The notes beneath the pieces are model-generated. The model saw only the letters and a list, made by a program, of their open reading frames with translations, was not told the DNA's origin and did no database searches. From an uncultured Candidatus Binatia bacterium (GTDB taxonomy: Bacteria > Desulfobacterota > Binatia > UBA9968 > JAJDTQ01): DNA of 64,000 nucleotides. Of the stretch, positions 56,865-64,000 are shown piece by piece. Within the stretch, counting starts at the first letter, position 1. Each line of letters starts with the position of its first letter. The stretch is from NCBI GenBank assembly GCA_964291295.2, contig OZ219754.1, forward strand, positions 3,360,001 to 3,424,000, in the 5' to 3' direction. The position numbers and the translations under genes were made by a program.

Positions 56865-57051
56865 TGTCGTTCTCCCTTGCTTGCCTTCCCTCGAGTCGAG
56901 GCAAGGCATTCGATGCGCCTGTTACAGACAGATCCACAAGTCCATGTTACCGCTGTTCGTCCTCCTTTCCGTGTGAACGGCCTGTGTCCGCGACCCCTGC
57001 TCCCGCCTGAAGGCAGGGACAAGAGCCGACATCCTGCGAAAAAGAGCCCCG

Positions 57052-57080
57052 TCTGTAGCACAACCAAAAGGCCGGTGCAA
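57052..57080 (-). promoter_or_regulatory. Sigma70-like promoter for the fmdA operon
   Basis: Minus strand TTGCAC-17 nt-TACAGA with an extended TG and an AT-rich upstream tract. Confidence 0.4.
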
Positions 57081-57222
57081 GAAAAATTTATCAAGAAGAA
57101 TTTTCCCCGAAGGTCGCATCAGGGAACGCGCCCCCGGGAACCCGGCCGCCAAAGCCCACGAACCTCAAGCCCCCGTCCTCCTCCCTTCAGGATCATCGCC
57201 CTGCCGGAGAACACCGGGGAGA

Positions 57223-57678
57223 TCAGGAACACAGCCGCTGCCGCATCTCCCGCAATGCCTGTTGGAAGAGTTCGGGGTCCTTGGACAGGGCGGTCTTGTA
57301 GAGCGCGTATCGTTCATGTCCCGCCCAGCGGCCCCACTCGGAGACCGTCACGGCGACGCCCTCCCCTTCGCTTCGCACCGCCACCGACTCCGGCACCGCG
57401 GCCGCCGCCCACGCGCCCGGGTCCAGTGCCGGGCAATGCTCGGCTGCCACACCCGCGCGCGACGATGCCAGCGCGGCGACGAATGCGGCGAATACCCCTT
57501 TCTCCTCGTCGAGGTCCGCCGGCAGGTGGCACAGCGCCAGGCGCTCTTCGAGACTGAACGCGCGCCAGGTGTCCAGTGACACCCGGACCCCCGCGACATC
57601 GAGCTTCATCCGCACGTGGAACGGTACCCGATCCAGCGTGGGGTAGAATGCGTCCTCGAATTCGAACCGGTAGAACAT
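57223..57678 (-). CDS. Nitrate-reductase-associated protein family (NarM-like)
   Basis: FEFE..F..TL..VP..VRMKLDVAG..SL..W..FS.EER..L, and W.......RYALYK. Confidence 0.75.
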   Translation of the reverse strand: MFYRFEFEDAFYPTLDRVPFHVRMKLDVAGVRVSLDTWRAFSLEERLALCHLPADLDEEKGVFAAFVAALASSRAGVAAEHCPALDPGAWAAAAVPESVAVRSEGEGVAVTVSEWGRWAGHERYALYKTALSKDPELFQQALREMRQRLCS

Positions 57679-57726
57679 TCCATCAGCGCCTGGAGATCCA
57701 CGCCGTCCCGGGTCCGCGACGTCGCC

Positions 57727-58962
57727 TCATTGGAATGCCTGCTCCCTCGTCCCCTTCAGGAAGCGAATGCCCCACACCATCAGTATGGAGACCATGAAGT
57801 TGCCGAAAGCGATCATGAAAGGGACCGTGTAGTTGCCGAAGACATCGTGCAGGAAGCCCCCCAGCCATATCCCCACGGCACCGCCGATGCCGATGCTCAT
57901 GGTGAAATAGCCGTAGATGGCACCGAAGTTGCGCCCCAGGAAGACATCGGCGGAGATGGCTGACAGCACCAGCGCCCTGGATCCCTGACCAAGCCCGTAG
58001 CAGACGGCATAGACATAGAGCAGCAGAGCCGGATGGGTGGGGCTGTCGGCCCACACCAGCGCCAGGATCCCTGCCGACGAGACCACCTGCACCAGCGTAT
58101 ACACCATCTGGTGGCTCAGGACATCCGTCAGATATCCGAAGAGAACCCGCCCGAAGATGCTGAACAGACCCATGAGGCCCAGGACGGAAGCGGCGAACAA
58201 CGGCGTGTAGCCGATATCCACCGCATGCGCGACCTGGTGGTTGGTGATGATCTGGTTGCCCATGCTGGCGACGATGCGCGAGACGAAGAGCAACCAGAAC
58301 ATCGTGCTGGTCAACGCCTCCAGGACAGTCCAGTCGCCGGCCGCCGCCGCGTTTCGCGCATCGGTCTTCGGCGGCGCGGGCCTGTCCCGGGGCATGAGAA
58401 CAACCGAGGGCACCACCACCAGCAGGAATGCCAGGACTCCCATGCCGACGTAGGCCAACCGCCAACCCCAGACGTCCACCAACAGTTGCGCCACCGGGAG
58501 CAGCGCGGCAATGCCGAGGCCGCCGCCGCTCCAGGCCAGCCCCATGGCCAGGCCCCGGCGCTTGCTGAATTCCCGCGCGATGATGGCCACATGGGGCACC
58601 ATGCCCATGAATCCCAAGCCCAGCGCCGTGACCACGCCGACCCACAGATAGAGCTGCCAGAGCGATGAAACCGTGCCGCTGCACGCCAGTCCCGCGGCGA
58701 GCAGGAGACCTCCCGAAACCAGCGTCTTGCGCGATCCCCAACGATCCACCAGCAAGCCCGCCAGCGGCATGGAAACCCCTTCCACCAACACCGAGATGGA
58801 CAGCGCCGTGGCGGTGACGCCGCGAGACCATCCGAAGGCCTGGAACAGGGCGACATAGAAAACCGCATAGACGCCGCGAATGCCGCGGTTGCAGCCCATG
58901 TGCAGAAAACCCAGAGCGACCTGGCCGATACGCCGCGCGTTGTCGGTTCTTGAACCTTGAAT
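57727..58962 (-). CDS. MFS transporter (OFA/OxlT-like), probable ATT start
   Basis: About 12 TM helices, GLLVDRWGSR motif A; frame is open to an ATT 8 nt after AGGAGGT; the first ATG (58899) lies inside TM1. Confidence 0.85.
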   Translation of the reverse strand: MQGSRTDNARRIGQVALGFLHMGCNRGIRGVYAVFYVALFQAFGWSRGVTATALSISVLVEGVSMPLAGLLVDRWGSRKTLVSGGLLLAAGLACSGTVSSLWQLYLWVGVVTALGLGFMGMVPHVAIIAREFSKRRGLAMGLAWSGGGLGIAALLPVAQLLVDVWGWRLAYVGMGVLAFLLVVVPSVVLMPRDRPAPPKTDARNAAAAGDWTVLEALTSTMFWLLFVSRIVASMGNQIITNHQVAHAVDIGYTPLFAASVLGLMGLFSIFGRVLFGYLTDVLSHQMVYTLVQVVSSAGILALVWADSPTHPALLLYVYAVCYGLGQGSRALVLSAISADVFLGRNFGAIYGYFTMSIGIGGAVGIWLGGFLHDVFGNYTVPFMIAFGNFMVSILMVWGIRFLKGTREQAFQ

Positions 58963-59073
58963 GGGAAACGACCTCCTGGCGCGAGATGGGTGGAGACGGG
59001 TGCAGATGGGGGCGGCCCCGGTCCGGCCTCGCCAGCGGTGCGCATGCCGGCGCGCGCCGCCTGGTGGAACGGC

Positions 59074-59931
59074 CTACAGGAACTCGTCGGTCCAGGCGTC
59101 GTACCGGTCCTGGCCCAGCACGCGCTTCATCAACCCGGACGACGCCGCCTGGTCCTTGAGCCCGGCTGGCGGCTGCCCCTCCCGCAAGTGGGCGTAGGAC
59201 CGTTGCAGCGCCCGCACCGCCACCTGGAACGGCATGTGGCCCTGCAGAGCGACGCGGACGCCGTTGGCGGCGAGAAACTCCCGATCATGGAGCTCGGGCG
59301 GCGTCGTGCCCATCACCACCGGCAGGCGGGTCATGGCATGGATGGCCGCGACCTGTTCACGCGACCGCACTCCGGTGAAGAAGACGCCATCGGCGCCGGC
59401 CTTCTCGCAGGCCTTCACGCGCTCGGACAGCGCATCCTCGCCCTGGGTCGGCAACACGCCGGTGCGGCCCAGGACCACGGTTTCCCGATCCGACCGCGCC
59501 GCCACCGCCGCGCGAATCTTGCCCGCGAATTCCTCCAACGAGATGAACTCCTCCCTCTTCGTGCCGAAGCCCCTGGGCAGACGCGTGTCCTCGATGGTCA
59601 GAGCCGCCACCCCCACCGCCTCCAGCTCCTGCACCGTCCTCATGACGCTCAGGGCATTGCCGTAACCGTGGTCCGCATCCACCATCAGCGGCAGCCCGGC
59701 GGCCCGGACAATGCGGCGCGCCTGCTCGGCAAGTTCCGTCAGCGTGAGAACGACGATGTCCGGCGCCCCCAGCACCGTGGCCGAGGCAATGGAGCCCGCC
59801 AGCATGCCGATCTCGAAACCCGCCGCTTCGGCGAGCCGCGCCGACACCGGATCGAATACGGAAGCCGGATGATGACAGCCGTTGCCCTGCAGCAGGCCGC
59901 GATACCGGCGGCGACGTTCGACAGCCGTCAC
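59074..59931 (-). CDS. Isocitrate lyase/PEP mutase family (oxaloacetate decarboxylase-like)
   Basis: GAGGAGG RBS; SVFDPVSAR, LGAPD..LTLTE, VDADHGYGNA, TIEDT.LP, AGADGVF. Confidence 0.88.
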   Translation of the reverse strand: MTAVERRRRYRGLLQGNGCHHPASVFDPVSARLAEAAGFEIGMLAGSIASATVLGAPDIVVLTLTELAEQARRIVRAAGLPLMVDADHGYGNALSVMRTVQELEAVGVAALTIEDTRLPRGFGTKREEFISLEEFAGKIRAAVAARSDRETVVLGRTGVLPTQGEDALSERVKACEKAGADGVFFTGVRSREQVAAIHAMTRLPVVMGTTPPELHDREFLAANGVRVALQGHMPFQVAVRALQRSYAHLREGQPPAGLKDQAASSGLMKRVLGQDRYDAWTDEFL

Positions 59932-59998
59932 GGTTCCTCCTCAATGCCTCCGGGACGGCGTCCGGGATGTTCCCGGCTCCCGGACCCCGCGCCGCGCC

Positions 59999-61033
59999 CT
60001 ATTGGCCCGGGTTCAATCGCAGATAGTCGTAGCGGTCGCCGGACACCACCCGCACCTCGTCGATTCGAACGCCCTTCAGGATATTGAGCGGGACGGCCAC
60101 TCCGGGCGACCCCAGAGCCCAGACCTTGCGGTAGAGGTCGGAAAGTCCCTCCACCGGACTTCCTCCGACGCCTGCAATGAGGTCACCCGGACGGAGGCCG
60201 GCCTGCGCGGCCGGCCCTCCTCTGGATACACGACGAATGATCACGTGTCCACCGGCCTCTTCCATCCGCGCACCGAGCCACGGCCTCGGTGCGGCTCCGG
60301 ACCTCCCTGTCCGGGCGAGGTCCGGCAGGATCGGCTTCAGCAGGTCGATGGGAACGAACATGTTGCCCGGGACGGGTTGGCCGGCAATCGCCTCCGGCAC
60401 CTGAAGCGAGCCGATTCCCAGCAGTTCGCCGCTCCTGTCCACCAGGGCCGCCCCGCCGAAGTTGGCGTGATGCGGCGCGGTGAAGATGGCCCGCTCCAGC
60501 AGATACTCCCAGTAGCCGGCGAACTCGCGGCGCGACACCACGTAGGCTCCCTGTCCCGAGGGGCCGTTTGCCGCGTAGCTGAGGATCAGGACCTCCGCGC
60601 CCCGGTTCACGTCCGACGACGCGCCCAGCGGCAAGGGTGCGGCATCGGTCACCGTGGCAAGGGCGCGGAGCAGGCCGAAGCCCGTGGCGTGATCGTAACC
60701 CAGGACCGTCGCCGGCACCGTTCTTCCGGTGAAGTCGGTGACCTGCACCCGCGACGCCTCGAGAATCACGTAACCGATGGTCAGGATGAGGCCGTCGGGA
60801 TCGATGATCACGCCGCTGCCTTCCCGCAACGGCCCCAGGGAAGCCGCAGTACGCGCGTCCGCCGGCACTTCCGCCCGGACCTTCACCACCGCGTTGAGGG
60901 TTTCGGCGGTAAACTCCCGGGCGCCGACGTGCGCGGGAAGGGCCGGCACAAGGGCCAGCACAAGGACCGGCGCGAGGGCCGGCGCGAGGGCCGGCGCGAG
61001 GTCAAGGCGGGCAAGGAGACCTCCCTTTTCCAC
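59999..61033 (-). CDS. Trypsin-like (S1C) domain plus PDZ, lacking catalytic His/Ser
   Basis: AGGAGG RBS before GTG 61033; GSGVII, LTIGY, NFGGAAL, RPWLG, GPAAQAGLRPGDLI. Confidence 0.85.
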   Translation of the reverse strand: MEKGGLLARLDLAPALAPALAPVLVLALVPALPAHVGAREFTAETLNAVVKVRAEVPADARTAASLGPLREGSGVIIDPDGLILTIGYVILEASRVQVTDFTGRTVPATVLGYDHATGFGLLRALATVTDAAPLPLGASSDVNRGAEVLILSYAANGPSGQGAYVVSRREFAGYWEYLLERAIFTAPHHANFGGAALVDRSGELLGIGSLQVPEAIAGQPVPGNMFVPIDLLKPILPDLARTGRSGAAPRPWLGARMEEAGGHVIIRRVSRGGPAAQAGLRPGDLIAGVGGSPVEGLSDLYRKVWALGSPGVAVPLNILKGVRIDEVRVVSGDRYDYLRLNPGQ

Positions 61034-61049
61034 AAGACACCTCCTGTAT

Positions 61050-61215
61050 CCGGGAGCCTGCACCGCGGAAAATCCTCGTGGGACAGATATCCACCAGAGT
61101 CCCACTTGGTGCCCAACGATGGGACAAGACTACACGTTTCCAGCATTCTGGACGAGAATCCGGACATGCTCTCCCACCCGCCACCTGCCGAAGCGTCCTG
61201 CGGCGCAGACCCCTG
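61050..61215. mobile_element. MITE family A copy 3 (diverged, about 12-nt internal deletion)
   Basis: GAGCCTGCACCGCGGAAAATCCTCGTGGGACAGATATCCACCAG...CCGAAGCGTCCTGCGGCGCAGACCC aligns with copies 1 and 2. Confidence 0.8.
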
Positions 61216-61250
61216 CTCTGCGGGACACGACACGCTATAATCCATACGTC

Positions 61251-62177
61251 ATGGCGGCAAGGCCTCGCATCGGCGTCAGCAGTTGTCTTCTGGGGAACCC
61301 GGTTCGCCACGACGGCGGACACAGGCGCCATCGCGCCGTGACCGAAACACTGTCGCGCGTCTTCGACATCGTCGCCGTCTGCCCGGAGATGGAAGCGGGC
61401 ATGGGGGTGCCTCGGGAACCCGTGGCCCTGGTCGGAGACCCGCGGGCACCGCGGATGGTCGCCCGGCGGTCGGGCAGGGACTGGAGCGGGATCATGCGAC
61501 GCTACGGGCGACAGCGGGCGGACGAACTCGAGAAGCTGGAAGTGTCCGGGTTCGTTCTGAAGACGGGCTCCCCGAGCTGCGGGCCGGACCGGGTTCCCGT
61601 GTCCGGCGAAGCGCGCCGCCCGGGCAGCGGGCTGTTCGCCCGGGCGCTGCGGGACGCCATGCCGCTGCTGCCGGTGGAGTCCGAAGAGGGCCTTGACGAT
61701 GCGCCGCTGTGCGCGAATTTCGTCGAGCGCGTCCACGCCTACCGGGAATGGCGCGCCTGCACCCGGGAAGGGCCGTCGCTGTCATCGCTCATGGACTTTC
61801 ACGCCTCCCACAAGCTGACCCTTCTGGCCCACAGCGAAAAGCACATGCGCCGGCTCGGGCGGCTCCTGGCCGAGGCCGGGGGCATGTCCCCGGACGCCGT
61901 GACGACCCGATACGGCGCCGCCTTCATGGAGGCCATGAAGCAGCCCGCAACCCGGAGAACCAACACCAACGCGCTGCAGCACCTGGCGGGCTTCCTGTCG
62001 GCCCGGCTGGACCCGGACAGCCGGCAACGGCTCGCCGCGCTGGTGGAGGCCTATCGCCTGGGACGGGCAAGCCTGTCCGCACCCCTGGCCCTGATCCGCC
62101 GCCAGGCGGCCCGGCATCAGGCCCGGCAGGTCCTGTGCCAGAGCTTTCTCGACACCCATCGGATCCCCGAGCCGTGA
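61251..62177 (+). CDS. DUF523 (TudS-like) + DUF1722 (YbgA-like) protein
   Basis: IGVSSCLLG..VRHDGG, CPE...GMGVPRE, KTGSPSCG, FHASHKL.LLAHS, NALQHLAGF; TATAAT 9 nt upstream suggests a leaderless transcript. Confidence 0.88.
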   Translation: MAARPRIGVSSCLLGNPVRHDGGHRRHRAVTETLSRVFDIVAVCPEMEAGMGVPREPVALVGDPRAPRMVARRSGRDWSGIMRRYGRQRADELEKLEVSGFVLKTGSPSCGPDRVPVSGEARRPGSGLFARALRDAMPLLPVESEEGLDDAPLCANFVERVHAYREWRACTREGPSLSSLMDFHASHKLTLLAHSEKHMRRLGRLLAEAGGMSPDAVTTRYGAAFMEAMKQPATRRTNTNALQHLAGFLSARLDPDSRQRLAALVEAYRLGRASLSAPLALIRRQAARHQARQVLCQSFLDTHRIPEP

Positions 62178-62198
62178 CCGCAAAGACGACCCTGCAGA

Positions 62199-63047
62199 CT
62201 ACCGGACGATCAGGATCGGACAGGCGACGGAGTCCAGAACCCGCTGCCGGTCAGGCTCCTTGAGCGCGGGACAGTCGGCCGCCATCACCAGCACGCCGGT
62301 GCCGGCGTCGCGGGCAAGGCGGCACACTTCCCGGGCCTCGGGACGCGCGCCATGGAGGAACCGGAACTCCACCCCGAGGGGCGCCAACCGCTCCTCCACC
62401 TGCCGTCGCAACGTCTCGGCGCCGGCGTCGGTGTCGGCAAGGACCAGCACGGCGAGCTTCCCCTCGTGGAGGCCGAAGAGATGCAGCCCCGCCTCAAGGG
62501 CGCGGAGGGAACCGGCGCTCCCGTCGCAGCATATCAGCGGAACCCCGGCGGCCCGCACCCCGGGCTTCGATATCAGAACCGAGCGCGGCGCGCTTTCGGC
62601 CGCGGCCCGGGCCGTACGTCCGAGCCGGCCCCTGCCCCACGGGACGGGTTTCCCGGCACCCAGAATCAGCAGGTCGCCGCCGCCCGCCGAGCTGACGACC
62701 TCCGCATCCACCTGGCCCCGGGCAGTGCGGAACGCAAAGGCCACGCGTGCGCTTGCCGCCGCGGCGGCCACGGCCCGGCGGGCGGCGAACTCCTGAACCC
62801 GGGTTTCATCCTCCAGTGCGTCGGCGGTGAAGTCCCGGCCTTTTCCCGTAAGGAAGTGAATCTCCCGGCCCACGGGAAGCCCCGCCAGCCGCACCAGGTT
62901 GACGTCCTGGACAAAGACCCCTTCCAGTTCCGCGTGCAGCCGCGCGGCCAGGCGCGCCGCCTCCTCCAGGGCCGTCCCGGCGTCGGACGGCCCCTCGACG
63001 GCCACCACGATCCGACGCACCTCGAAACCTCCGGGCGGCGGGCTCAC
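62199..63047 (-). CDS. Universal stress protein-like (tandem USP folds)
   Basis: RRIVVAV, DLLILG, LGRTAR....APRSVL, DGSAGSLRAL, CPILIVR. Confidence 0.75.
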   Translation of the reverse strand: MSPPPGGFEVRRIVVAVEGPSDAGTALEEAARLAARLHAELEGVFVQDVNLVRLAGLPVGREIHFLTGKGRDFTADALEDETRVQEFAARRAVAAAAASARVAFAFRTARGQVDAEVVSSAGGGDLLILGAGKPVPWGRGRLGRTARAAAESAPRSVLISKPGVRAAGVPLICCDGSAGSLRALEAGLHLFGLHEGKLAVLVLADTDAGAETLRRQVEERLAPLGVEFRFLHGARPEAREVCRLARDAGTGVLVMAADCPALKEPDRQRVLDSVACPILIVR

Positions 63048-64000
63048 GGGATCGTCTCCGGCTCGGCGTCGCCGCCCGAGGCCAATGGCCCGGAGGAGCG
63101 GGCAAACTCACGGGAGTGGCGGGCGAACTCCAGCAGTGTGGCCTGGACCTTGCCGTTTACCGTGCCGGCCGGAAAAGTCCCCTGCGGATCCGGCTCCCCC
63201 GCGCTCATGCCGGTGAGGATCTCGATCCCCTGGTCGATGGTCTCCACCGGATGGACATGGAACTCTCCCCGGGCGGCGGCCTCCACCACGTCCCGGCGCA
63301 GCATCAGGTGCTTCACGTTGGACGCGGGAATCAGAACGCCCTGCCGCCCGCTGAGCCCACGGGCCGCACAGATGTCGAAGAACCCCTCAATTTTCTCGTT
63401 GACGCCGCCGATGGCCTGGACCTGGCCGCGCTGGTTGACCGATCCGGTGACCGCCAGGGATTGGCGGATGGGTACCCCGGACAGGGCGGACAGGAGCGCG
63501 TAGAGCTCGGCGGAGGAGGCGCTGTCGCCGTCTACCCCGCCGTAGGACTGTTCGAAGACCAGGCTGGCAGACAGCGCCAGGGGATGGCGGCGGGCGAACC
63601 GCGCGCCGAGAAAGCCCGAGAGGATCAGCACACCCTTGGAGTGGAGCGGCCCCCCCATCTCCACCTCCCGCTCTATGTCCAGCACCTCGCCACGGCCCAG
63701 CCGCACCCGGGCGGTAATGCGGCTGGGCTTGCCGAAGGAGAACTCCCCGAGTTGCAGCACGGAAAGCCCGTTGACCTGGCCCACCGCCTCGCCGCCGGTG
63801 TCGATGAGCAGGGTCTCGCGCAGTATCTGTTCCTGGCTGCGCTCTCGGACACGGTCGGACCGGCGGTTGCGGGCGTCGATGGCCTGCTCCACGTCCCGTG
63901 CCTGGGTCTCGGTGTGGCCGGCCTGGCCAGCCCAGTAGTCGGCCTCGTACAACAGGTCTTCGATGGACCGCAGGCACAGGGTCAGGCGCTCCGCGTCGGC
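63044..64000 (-). CDS. Lon-like (LonB-type) ATP-dependent protease, C-terminal part; 5' end outside the window
   Basis: GQVNGLSV, DIEREV.MGGPLHSKG, VDGDSAS (Ser), TGSVNQ.G..QAIGGVNEKIEGF (Lys). Confidence 0.9.
   Translation of the reverse strand, partial: ADAERLTLCLRSIEDLLYEADYWAGQAGHTETQARDVEQAIDARNRRSDRVRERSQEQILRETLLIDTGGEAVGQVNGLSVLQLGEFSFGKPSRITARVRLGRGEVLDIEREVEMGGPLHSKGVLILSGFLGARFARRHPLALSASLVFEQSYGGVDGDSASSAELYALLSALSGVPIRQSLAVTGSVNQRGQVQAIGGVNEKIEGFFDICAARGLSGRQGVLIPASNVKHLMLRRDVVEAAARGEFHVHPVETIDQGIEILTGMSAGEPDPQGTFPAGTVNGKVQATLLEFARHSREFARSSGPLASGGDAEPETIP

Noticed and set aside
1-64000. CRISPR array, rRNA or tRNA genes
   Set aside because: No regularly spaced repeat-spacer pattern or recognisable RNA-gene consensus seen by eye; the repeats found are dispersed MITEs.

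Overview
High-GC bacterial chromosomal window with mostly catabolic and housekeeping genes: ABC and TTT transporters, a CoA-dependent catabolic cluster, formamidase, AOR, formate dehydrogenase, LemA/TPM, ClpP and a Lon-like protease. About 6.1-21.9 kb is an accessory defence island. Its centrepiece is a ubiquitin-like conjugation operon (MBL-fold hydrolase with a Gly-containing C-terminal tail, an E2-E1-JAB fusion split by one in-frame TGA, and a membrane protein), transcribed divergently from an XRE-M78 peptidase/PIN module. The island also holds an ABC-ATPase/DUF4276 pair, a Septu-like PtuAB pair, a NucS-like nuclease and several gene and IS remnants. Signals the ORF track misses: a DUF3179-type selenoprotein (W-UGA-PLC plus a SECIS-like hairpin), two MITE families (about 178 bp x3 and about 100 bp x2) that supply stop codons or C-termini to host genes, a 59-bp direct repeat of a gene 3' end bracketing the Septu islet, an internally deleted IS1634, a MobA-MoaD(GG) fusion, and an MFS gene that apparently starts at ATT. 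No rRNA, tRNA or CRISPR array was seen. All family calls come from motif recognition by eye, not database searches.
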